Shown one piece after another: positions 37,921 through 49,730 of a stretch of 64,000 bases of DNA; within the stretch, counting starts at the first letter, position 1, and each line of letters begins with the position of its first letter. This stretch comes from an uncultured delta proteobacterium (GTDB lineage: Bacteria > Myxococcota_A > UBA9160 > UBA4427): contig CAWGJT010000014.1 in NCBI GenBank assembly GCA_963822965.1, positions 320,001 through 384,000 on the forward strand, given 5' to 3'. The notes beneath the pieces were generated by a model. That model was not told the origin of the DNA. It searched no databases and worked only from the letters and a program-made list of their open reading frames with translations. Both the position numbers and the translations under genes were made by a program.

Positions 37921-40218
37921 CTACAACGTCTCCACGCGGGCGGGGGTGTGCTTGTGCCACGGCGTGCCGGCGAGCCAGTCGCGGTCCTCGCTGCGGGTGA
38001 GCTCGTTGGGCGCGACGCCGGTGGTCACCGGTCGTCCGCCGGCGTCGGGGAAGTCGAGCCCGAGCCCGTTCGGCAGCGAGACGTGGCCGGGCTGCATGCG
38101 ATCCGAGAGCTCGACCGACACCTCGGCGCTGCCGCGGCGGGTCGAGAGCCGCACGCGGTCCGCCGTCCGAGACCCCCACGTGCTTCGCGTCCTCGGGGTT
38201 CATGCGCAGGGCGCCCTCGCGGTCCTTCTGCCGCCACGCGGGGTTGCGGATGATGGTGTTGGCGGTGAACGAGCGGCGCTCGCCCGCCGACAGCACGAAC
38301 GGGAAGTCGGGGCTCGCGCTCGGCCTCGGGACCTGCCGCCAGGGCGTCGAGCTCCTCGAAGAGCTCGTCCACCGCCAGCTGGATCCGGTGGTTCGGCGTG
38401 CCCAGCCGCTCGAAGCTCTCCTGCCAGTCGATCGATGGCGAACACCACAGCGCTCTTGCTCGTGAGCAGGGCGTCGAAGAGCGCGTCGCCCGCTTCGCCG
38501 GGCTCGCCCGTGAAGCCCGCACGCGCGAGCGAGCGCGCCGTTGCGCTGGGCGGCGATCTGGCAGAGGGCCCAGACGCCGGCCGCCTCGGCGAGGCCCTCG
38601 GGCAGCAGGTCGCCGATCGCGCGATAGAGCACCGCCGGCGCCACGCCGAAGAGCTGCGGGTTCGCGCCGGCCAGCTCGAAGAACTTCGCGCGGAACGCCT
38701 CGCGGCCCTCGCCCCAGGCGGCAGCGCAGCGACGCCACCGCTTCCGCGGGCATGGCGCCGAGCGCCTCCAGCAGGCGCGCGTGGAGCTCCGCCTCGGAGA
38801 AGAGCCCGGGCGGCGGCGGCAGCAGCGGCCTTGCGCAGGTGGAAGTAGTTGTGCGGGAACTCGAAGTTGAAGAAGGTGGCCTCGGCCTTCTCGAACTGGC
38901 TGGCCACCGGCAGCACGTAGTCGGCGAGCCGCGCGGTCTCGGTGAAGGCGACGTCGATCACCACCACGAGGTCGAGGGCGGCGATCGCCTCGCGCATGCG
39001 CGCGCTGTCGGCGAGGGAGTGGGCCGGGATTGCCGCTCTCGACGAGGAGGGCGCGGAAGCGCTTCGGGTGGTCGGTCAGGATCTCGTCGGGGATCACGTT
39101 GCAGGGGGTGAGGCCGCCGATCACCCGGGCGCCGGTCACGGGCGTGCGCCGGGACGGGCCGTCGCCGCCCTCCTTGCCGACGGCGAGCGGGCACGAACGG
39201 CACCGGCACGTAGGCGGCGCCCGGCTTGCCGAAGTTGCCCGGTCAGGAAGACGAGGAGCTTGTGCAGGTAGGAGACGAGCGTCGAGTGCCGGTTCATCTG
39301 CACGCCCAGGTCCTCGAAGGTGGCCAGGCTCGAGGCGGCGGCGATGCGCCGCGCCGCGGCGCGCACCGTCTCCTCGGGAACGCCGCAGGCCGCGCAGTAG
39401 TCGGCGACCGGGAGCGTCTCGAAGTGGGGCAGCACCTGCTCGAGGCCGTCGGCGTGGTCGTCGAGCCAGGCGCTCGCGATGCGGTCCTCCTGCACCAGCA
39501 CCGCGATCAGCGCCGCCAGCAGCCAGGCGTCGGTGCCGGGCTTCACCTGGAGGTGGACGTCGGCGATCTCCGCGGTCTCGGTGCGCCGCGGGTCGATCAC
39601 GATCAGGCAGCGGCTCGGGTCCTTGGCGATCTCGCGCAGGGTCACGCGGGCCCGCGGGATGCCGTGGGAGAACCAGGGGTTCTTGCCCAGGAAGAGCGCG
39701 ACCTCGCAGTGCTCGAAGTCGGCGCGCGTGTAGCCGCCGATCATGCGGTGGGCCACCCAGAACTCGCCCGTCTTCTCCTGGGCGAGGGCGCTCGAGCGGT
39801 GGACCGAGCCCAGCGCGGCGCGGGTGCTGCGCCCGTAGGCGCCGGGCAGGTGGTTGCCCTGGCCGCCGCCTCCGTAGTAGAAGATCGACTCGCCGCCGTG
39901 GGCGTCGCGGACCGCGGCGAAGCGGGCGGCCACCTCGCGGATCGCCGTGTCCCAGTCGATCTCCTCGAAGCTGCCGTCCGGGCGGCGGCGCAGGGGCTTC
40001 GTGAGGCGGTGGGGTCCGTTCTGGTAGAAGTCCAGACGCGAGGGCTTCTCGCAGGCATAGCCCCGGGACGCGGGATGGGCGTCGTCGCCGCGCACGCGCA
40101 GCAGGCGGCGGCCGTCGGCGCCGCCGAGCTGGACCTCGATCCCGCAGTTGCACTCGCACAGGATGCAGGCGGTGGACTTCCATTCGGACGGCGTGGGGCG
40201 GCGGAGCTGCTCGGACAC
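37921..40218 (-). CDS. Molybdopterin-dependent oxidoreductase (DMSO reductase family), multiple frameshifts
   Basis: TACILCECNCG 4Fe-4S motif, HPASRGYACEK, YGGGGQGNH, LAQEKTGEFW, TETARLADYVLP, C-terminal dinucleotide-binding domain. Confidence 0.9.
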
Positions 40219-40247
40219 GCGGTCTCTCCTCGGGGGCGCGTTGCTCG

Positions 40248-40950
40248 CTACCAGCTCTCTCCGAACGGCCGGAGATCGAGCTCGAAGGTCCAGGCCGAGC
40301 GTTCCTGGTGCACCACGTGGTGCACGGCGTCGGCGATGCCGGCGGGCTGGATGAAGAAGTCGTCGGGACGGTCGGCCCAGGCCTGCCGTGTCCACGGCAC
40401 GTCGATCACGGCGTCGATCACCACGTAGGCGACGTGAACGCCCTTGGGACCCAGGGAGCGCGCCAGGGACTCGGCCAGGATGCGCTGGGCCGCCTTGGTG
40501 GGTGCGAAGCCGGCAAAGGCGGCCTTGCCGCGCCAGGCGGACGTGTTGCCCGTGATCGCGATGGCGCCGCGTCCCGCCTCGATCATCGCCGGCGCCAGCT
40601 CCTGGGCGAGCACGAGCAGCGAGGTCACGTTCACCCGGAAGCGCCGCTCGAGGGCTTCCGGGGCCACGCTCTCGAAGCTGCCGAAGCCGCCGGCGACCGC
40701 GTTGTGGAGCAGCACCTCGGGAGAACCGAGCCGCTCGCGCACCTGCTGCAGGGTGGCGCGCAGCGCGTCGAGGTCGCCCACGTCCACCGGGAAGGCGGCT
40801 GCATCGGGCAGCTCCGCGGCCAGCTGCTCGAGCCGTTCCGCGCTCCGGGCCAGCAGGGCCACGCGGTAGCCGTCCGCCGCGAAGCGGCGGGCGAGGGCGG
40901 TCCCGGTACCCGGTCCGACCCCCGTCACGACGCAGACCCGTTCGACCCAT
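40248..40950 (-). CDS. SDR family oxidoreductase (1-nt error just after ATG)
   Basis: VTGVGPGTG, HNAVAG, FAPTKAAQR, HVAYVVIDAVID, WTFELDLRP. Confidence 0.88.
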
Positions 40951-40968
40951 GGCGGGATGGATAACCGG

Positions 40969-40991
40969 TTTGGTTGCTTTACGCAACCAAA
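40969..40991. promoter_or_regulatory. Operator palindrome between the SDR and HxlR genes
   Basis: TTTGGTTGC-TTTAC-GCAACCAAA, overlapping TTTACG-N17-TAGACT. Confidence 0.75.
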
Positions 40992-41015
40992 ATTCCGCGG
41001 TAGACTTGCCGGGCC

Positions 41016-41509
41016 ATGGGGCGAAAGCGCTTTTGCCGACATGAACTGCGGGATCGGCCAGGCGCTCGAGGTGCTGGGCGACTGGTGGACTCTGCTGATC
41101 GTTCGCGACGCCTTCTTCGGGGTGCGCCGCTTCGGGGACTTCGAGCGCAGCCTCGGGATCGCGAAGAACATCCTGTCGGCGCGCCTGCAGCACCTGGTCG
41201 ACCACGGAATCCTCGAGCGGGTGGACGTCGCGCAGCGTCGGACACCGCTTCGAGTACCGCCTCAGCGAGAAGGGCGAGGCGCTGCTGCCCGTCCTGACCG
41301 CCCTGCGCGAGTGGTCCGACGAGTGGGTCTTCGGGCGCGGCCACGAGCCCGTGATCGTCCAGGACCGCCGGACGGGGCGGCGGCTCCCGAAGCTGCGCGT
41401 CACCGACGCCGATGGCCGGCCGCTCTCGCGGCGCGACCTGCGGACCGTGCCCGGACCCGGCGCCGCGAAGGACACGATCCGCCGGTTGCAGCCCCGAGAG
41501 CCCGACTGA
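41016..41509 (+). CDS. HxlR family winged-helix regulator, frameshifted
   Basis: MNCGIGQALEVLGDWWTLLIVRDAFFGVRRFGDF...IAKNILSARL...EYRLSEKG...LREWSDEW. Confidence 0.88.
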
Positions 41510-41532
41510 GCCCGGCCCGTGCGGGTCGGTGG

Positions 41533-42018
41533 CTATCCCTCGCAGCGACCGGACGTGCCGTAGCCGGCGACGCCGCCCGTGCAGGCGAGCCCGGGGCAGC
41601 ACTCGACGCTGGAGCGGCAGGCGAGACCGGCGCCGCTGCAGGCGGCGACCGCCGGCGGGTGCGCGGTGCGCGGGGCAGGGCGTGGCGCCGACTCGCCCGG
41701 GTCGGACCCCCGGTGCGAGGCCCCGATGGCGTCGTGCGTCCGCCGCAGCTCCGCCTCGAGCCCGTCGTCGACCCCACCGCCTTCGCCGGGCTCGTCCGGC
41801 TCGCGGGTGGCGGCCACTTCCGGCCCGCCGATCGCATCGCCCGCGCCGTCCGGGAGGAAGCCGCCCGGTCGCGTCTCGCCGGCGGTCCGGTGCGTCACGT
41901 GCCTGCGAGCCGGAGATCGGGGACGGCCTCGGCTCGGAGCTCCAGTCGTGGGTGAGCGCAGCCACGCTGCCCGCCGCGGCGGCGGCGAGGAACGCCGCCA
42001 GTAGCCACGGGTCGTCAT
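41533..42018 (-). CDS. Small probably secreted protein with C-terminal cystine-knot-like motif
   Basis: AGGAG SD before ATG 42018; signal-like WLLAAFLAAAAAG in an adjacent frame; C-terminus CSGAGLACRSSVECCPGLACTGGVAGYGTSGRCEG. Confidence 0.65.
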   Translation of the reverse strand: MTTRGYWRRSSPPPRRAAWLRSPTTGAPSRGRPRSPARRHVTHRTAGETRPGGFLPDGAGDAIGGPEVAATREPDEPGEGGGVDDGLEAELRRTHDAIGASHRGSDPGESAPRPAPRTAHPPAVAACSGAGLACRSSVECCPGLACTGGVAGYGTSGRCEG

Positions 42019-42062
42019 GGATCCTCTCCTGCTTCCTTCTTCCTGGGCTCGGCGCCACAAGG

Positions 42063-43710
42063 TCAGCGCCTCCGCCGGCCGTCGCGGGTGTGCTTCGGGG
42101 CCTGGGTGGTGACTGCGGGCTGGGGATCCGGCTCGGGGAAGAAGAGCACGAGGTTCTCCAGGAAGCGGACGACGCTCGCCGCGTCGGGCTCGGGAAGCGC
42201 CGCGAACGCCGCCCGGGAAGGCTCGGCCTCGCCGCCGTGCTCGAGGATCGCCTCGGTGAGCGTGGTCGCGCGTCCGTCGTGGAGGTACTGGGCCGTCGAG
42301 CCCACCCCCCACAGCTCCTTCGTGAGCCAGACCGAGCTTCCGTGCCCCGTCTCGTCGATGTTCTCCGCGAGGCTTCCTCCCATGTCGTGGCGCTTCAGGT
42401 CGCCGTAGAGGCGAACGACCGCGCCGCCCGAGCGCGTCCCCTCGAAGTTTCCCAGGTCGAAGGTCCGGCGCCCCACGGAGAAGCGGTTGTCCGGCAGGTC
42501 CCGCGCCAGGTCGAAGCGGATGGTCTTCGCGAGGCGCGGCTGGCCGGCCGGGAACGGATCGTCGGCATAGCCGGCGACCGGGCTCGGCTCGGAGAAGACG
42601 GGATCGTCGATCACCAGCGCCGGCCGGTGGCAGTCGGCGCAGCCGATCTCGGCGAAGAGCCGCTCGCCCCGGCGAGATGGCGCGACCTCGTCGCGAGCGA
42701 GGACGGGCAGCTCGAGCCGAGCGATCAGGTCCTGCGCGCCGAGCTGCGCCAGCTCGAGGCGCAGGCGGTTCAGCTCGAGCTGGGTGACCGGTCGCGGCTG
42801 CGCGGCGAGGTAGACCGCCATGGCGGTCATGTCGGGAATCGTGATCTCGTCCACCATGCCGTCGCCGTCGCCGTCCACGCCGTCCCCGGCCAGCTCCACC
42901 GGCTGCATGCCCAGCTCGTTGTGCTCCGCGCCGCGCGAGAAGGAGCGCACCGTCGTCTCCACGCCCTTCCACTGGAAGGGCCGGACGATCGAGATCCGCG
43001 TCGACGCCCTCGACGCCGCCGGCGTCCACGGCGCCCGTGCAGCCGACGGCGATCGACGCCGAAGTCGACGCCCTTGGCGGACGAGGGCGACGTCGACCGT
43101 CGCGTCCGCTCTCGCAGGCCTGCGGCGACGCCCGCCTCGAAGCGGGCGCGCAGCTCCACGCGTCATCTCCTCGGCGAGGCGCTGGAGCGCGCCCGGACCG
43201 AAGAGGTGGGGGGTGTTGCGCTGGATGAAGCGGCCTGGGTCGGCGGTGCCCAGGGGATCGCGGATCGCGTTCAGCGGCCGCCGGTCCCGAGCCGTCTCCC
43301 GAGCCGCCGATCGCGGCGCCCCGGTGGCACGCGACGCAGCTCGCGGCGTTCGGCCCGGTGGCGCGCGGCCGGGGTGTGGTCGGCCCACTCCCCGGGTCCG
43401 TCGAGGTCTGCTCGGGGTACCCGCGTGAAGCGGCCCCCGTCCCCACGTTCGCGCCGACGCCGTCGACCGCGTTGAAGGTCGTCTCGAAGAGCTCGTCGCC
43501 GCACTCGAAGATCTCGAGGAAGTCCTGGAGCGCGACGGCCTCGTCGCAGTGCTCGGCGTTGCCGCCGTGGATGCGATCCACCTCGTCGAGCTCGGCGGGG
43601 CCCGTGGTGATCGACCAGGCGTCGGGTGCGCTGTCCCAGTCCCAGGAGGAGCGCGCACGCCGGCCCCCCGCGCATCCGCACGCGGCCGCGCCGTTGCTTG
43701 CAGGATCCAT
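42063..43710 (-). CDS. Di-heme oxidoreductase (DHOR-like) c-type cytochrome, frameshifted
   Basis: Two CxxCH (CVACH, CADCH), RNTPHLFG, RPFQWKG, DLKRHDMG, LWGVGSTAQYLHDGRATTLTEAILEHGGEA. Confidence 0.82.
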
Positions 43711-44020
43711 CGTCGTTCCTCCCGTGGGCCGATGGCTCGGAGGGAGGAGCGATCGGGGCACGCGCCGGAAGCTACGCCGGTGCCTGGAAGGTGGCGGTGA
43801 CTGGAGTCACGGGAGGCGACCGAGGGGCGGGCGGATCCCATCGCTGCTCGATGCCGTGAAGCGGGACACGGAATCGGTGTGCTGCGAGACTACGATGCCC
43901 GCCCGGGTCGTCCAGCGGCGGATCCGCTGTGCGGGATCGGCCCGGGGCGACGCGGACGCTAGCGGCCCTGGTCTACCATCGAGTCGGGCGGTGGCCGGAC
44001 GCACGGCCCGGAGGAGTGCC

Positions 44021-46387
<2,367 letters not shown>

Positions 46388-46423
46388 GTCGGGCCCGCCT
46401 GAAGGGTTCTCGAGGCTCGTGGC

Positions 46424-47046
46424 TCAGAGCCCCGTGCGGAGGTCTTCTTCGAGGCTCTTCTCGATTGCCTCGGCCAGCTCGTCGCCGGCTCCCCGGCGCG
46501 CGGCGATCTGCTTGCCGATGTTGGCCTTCACGCCGGCGGGCCAGGTGTCGGGCTTCCAGAGGGACGAGCGGACGAACGCCTTGCCGCAGTGGAAGAAGCT
46601 CTCCTCCACGTGGACGCGGGTGGCCAGCAGCGCGCTGCGGTTCCGGGCGCTCAGGCGTTCGAGCAGCTCCGGGTCCCGGGTGATCTCGGCGCGTCCGTTC
46701 ACGCGCAGGGTCTCCGCGACGTCCGGGCACGACGAAGATGAGCCCGACGGCGGGATCGCCGAGGATGTTGCGGAAACCCGTAGGCGAGCTTGTTGCCCGG
46801 CCGATCGGGAATCAGGAGCGTCTTCTCGTCCGCCACGCGGACGAAGCCCGGAGCGTCGCCCTTCGGCGACACGTCGAGCCCGCCGTCGGCGCCCCGCGTG
46901 GCGAGCAGCAGCAGGGGCGCCTTCTCGATGAAGGCGGCCGCGTAGGGATCCACGTGGTCGAAGATCTTCTGCTCCACCGCCGGGCTGGGTTCACGGATGA
47001 CCTCGCGCAGCTCCGCCTCGCTCTGGATCAGATGGGGATCGGACAT
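46424..47046 (-). CDS. MSMEG_1061-type pyridoxamine 5'-phosphate oxidase-like FMN-binding protein, frameshifted
   Basis: [42 protein letters not shown]. Confidence 0.85.
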
Positions 47047-47052
47047 GGGGGC

Positions 47053-47080
47053 AGCGTATCGGCGGGGTCGTGCGCGTCAA
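47053..47080 (-). promoter_or_regulatory. sigma70 promoter giving a probable leaderless mRNA
   Basis: TTGACG-N16-TACGCT-N6-ATG. Confidence 0.65.
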
Positions 47081-47479
47081 CGGCCCTTCGCACGGCTGGT
47101 GTCAGCCCCTGGCAGCATGGCGGCTCCGGCCGCCTGGCGGGGCTCCTATCGCGGCTCATCCGGCGCGCCCGCGGCGCTCGTTCACGGTGCGTAGGGAGAA
47201 CCTCCTCGGTCTGGCGCTTCGGGTCGCGGTGCGCTCGTAGACCCCGAAGGAACCGTCCCTTCGGGTCCGGGTCAACCTCCGACCGGCCCGGCGACCGACG
47301 GCTGCAGGCGGATCTCCTGTCGAGCCGCGCGCTTGCGGTCCCTACGGCCAGGGTGTCACCCTGTCGCATGCGGGATCGTGCAGCGGGCCGCGCCGGGTGC
47401 CGGCGCAATCCCTTCGCCGACCCGCCACGCGGCCCGTCCCGGCACCGCACGAAGCGGTGTCGGAGGGCCTGGAGGAGCC

Positions 47480-47704
47480 ATGAGGCAGCTCGCGTTGCTC
47501 GTGCTGGGGGTCCTGGTCCTGTCACTCTCCACGGTCGGCTGCGGTCGGGACCGTTCCGACCGCGGTCTCACTCCCCCCGACGAGAACGCCGCCCCCATGG
47601 GCGACGAAGCGCTCCGGGAGACCGAGGCCGAGCGGGACAAGCAGACCACCCGTGCCGAGCAGGACCTGGAGGAGCACGATTTCGATCGAGCCGAGGATCG
47701 CTAG
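47480..47704 (+). CDS. Small acidic lipoprotein
   Basis: GGAGGAG SD; lipobox TVGC. Confidence 0.7.
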   Translation: MRQLALLVLGVLVLSLSTVGCGRDRSDRGLTPPDENAAPMGDEALRETEAERDKQTTRAEQDLEEHDFDRAEDR

Positions 47705-47769
47705 GAGTCTTGGGTCAGGCTCCTAGCACGCCGACCCCGGGATGGATCGGCGGCACGGAGGGTCGTTCC

Positions 47770-48141
47770 ATGCTGAAGCTCAGCTTTGCCCTGCACCGTC
47801 TCCCGACCCTGACCCGGGAGGAGTTCCAGCGCTACTGGCTCGAGAAGCACGGTCCGCTGGTTCGCCGGCTGGCCCCGCAGATCGGGGTGCGGCGGTACGT
47901 CCAGCTCCACACCGCCGAATCGGCGCTGAACGAGGGGCTGCGACAGGGGCGGGGCGGACCGGAGCCGTACGACGGAGTGGCGGAGCTCTGGTTCGACAGC
48001 GCCGAGGCCCTGCAGAGCGCCATGTCCACCGACGAGGGGCGGGAGGCCGCGCTCGTGCTGCTCGAGGACGAGCGCCGCTTCATCGATCTCCCGCGCTCGC
48101 CGCTCTTCGTGGGCGAGGAACACGAGCTGATCCCGCACTGA
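47770..48141 (+). CDS. EthD domain-containing protein
   Basis: LTREEFQRYWLEKHGPL, RRYVQLH, YDGVAELWF, DERRFID. Confidence 0.88.
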   Translation: MLKLSFALHRLPTLTREEFQRYWLEKHGPLVRRLAPQIGVRRYVQLHTAESALNEGLRQGRGGPEPYDGVAELWFDSAEALQSAMSTDEGREAALVLLEDERRFIDLPRSPLFVGEEHELIPH

Positions 48142-48176
48142 CGAAGGCCGACGCAGGCCGACGAGGAGAGGAGAAC

Positions 48177-49475
48177 ATGCCCGGCCCGCTGGACGACCTC
48201 GACCGATACCTGCTGATCACCGCCGATTCCCATGCCGGCTCGAGCCCGGAGGGCTACGGGCCGTACCTCGCAAGCCGCTGGCAGGACGACTATCGCGACT
48301 GGCTCGCCCAGAGCGAGCAGATGGCGAAGGTCATGCGGCAGGTCATGGGCAACCGCAGCATCGGCGTCGACGGCGATCCAGACGTGGACGGCAACCGCAA
48401 CTGGGACAGTGCGCGCCGGCTGCGCGAGACCGAGGCGGACGGCGTCGTCGCCGAGGTGATCTTTCCCAACACGTCGCCGCCGTTCGCGCCGTCGATGCTG
48501 AGCGAGTTCGGCGAGGCCGAGGTCGGCAGCCGACCACGAGCGGCGCTGGGCCGGCATCCAGGCGCACAACCGCTGGCTGGCCGACTTCTGCCGGGAGGCC
48601 CCGGGTCGGCGCGCGGGCATCGCCCAGATCTTCCTGCCGTTCGTGGAGCGAGTCGGTCGACGAGATCCGCTGGGCGAAGGAGAACGGGCTCACCGGCGGC
48701 GTGCTGCTGCCCGGCGCTCCGCCGGGCTCGGGGGTCGAGCCGCTCTACGCGCCGCGCTACGAGCCGATCTTCGCCGTGTGCGAGGAGCTCGGCATGCCGC
48801 TCAACCATCACAGCGGCGGCGCCACGCCGGACTTCGGCAACTACCTCCCCCAGGCCCTCACGATGTTCATGCTCGAGGTCACCTGGTGGGCGCACCGCGC
48901 CCTCTGGCACCTGATGTTCAGCGGTGTCTTCGAGCGACACCCGAATCTGCAGTTCGTGCTCACCGAGACCGGTGTGCAGTGGGTGCCGGGGGTGCTCCAG
49001 CAGCTCGAGCACTTCTTCCACGCAGATGAAGCACAACGACCAGTGCTCGGAGCACATCTTCGGGGGCCCCGCCGTCGCGAGCCTGTCGCTCACGCCGTCC
49101 GAGTACTTCGCCCGCCAGTGCCACATCGGTGCGAGCTTCCTGCCGCCCCACGAATGCGATCTGCGGCACGAGATCGGGGTCGAGCGCATCCTCTGGGGCA
49201 GCGACTATCCCCACGTGGAGGGATCCCATCCCTACACGACGGGAGCACCTGCGGCTCACCTTCGCCGGGGTGGACGAGGACGAGATCCAGCGCATCGTCG
49301 GGGGCAACACCGCGGCGCTCTACGGCTTCGACCTCGAGAAGCTCGCGCCTCTCGCCGCGCGGTTCGGCCCGACGAAGGCCGAGATCGCCCGGCCCATCGA
49401 CGCTGGCGGACCTGCCCGAGGCAGGCCCAGAAGTGCCCGGCCTTCGCCCCCGACCGCCAGCGGAGCGCCGCGTAG
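48177..49475 (+). CDS. Amidohydrolase_2 family protein, frameshifted
   Basis: ITADSHAG, DGVVAEVIFPN, AHNRWLADF, SGVFERHP, WGSDYPHVEG. Confidence 0.85.
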
Positions 49476-49487
49476 GCGCGGCGCAGG

Positions 49488-49643
49488 TTCCTGGTCCAGA
49501 CGGGCATCAACTTCTTCGTGCCTTCGGGAAGCGGTCAGGCGGCGCTGACCGTGCCGGGCATGGCGCCGCTCTCGGACCTGGTGGGCGTGACGCTCGGGGC
49601 CGTCCTGCTCGGCCCGCCCGCGCTGCTCGGCTGGACGGGTTGA
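49488..49643 (+). pseudogene. Remnant of a YfcC/ArcD-like transporter gene
   Basis: [35 protein letters not shown] joined directly to a final TM-like tail and TGA; no start. Confidence 0.65.
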
Positions 49644-49730
49644 CGGGCCGCCGGAGAGCCCCGGGCCGAGCTCGGCGGAGGGAGGGGTTCTGACGCCCCC
49701 TGCTGGCTGCGACGAGCGCCGTCACCCCGG

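Noticed and set aside
47190..47290. Possible SRP RNA, 6S RNA or c-di-GMP riboswitch
   Set aside because: Diagnostic conserved motifs not found on either strand; kept only as a low-interest structured region
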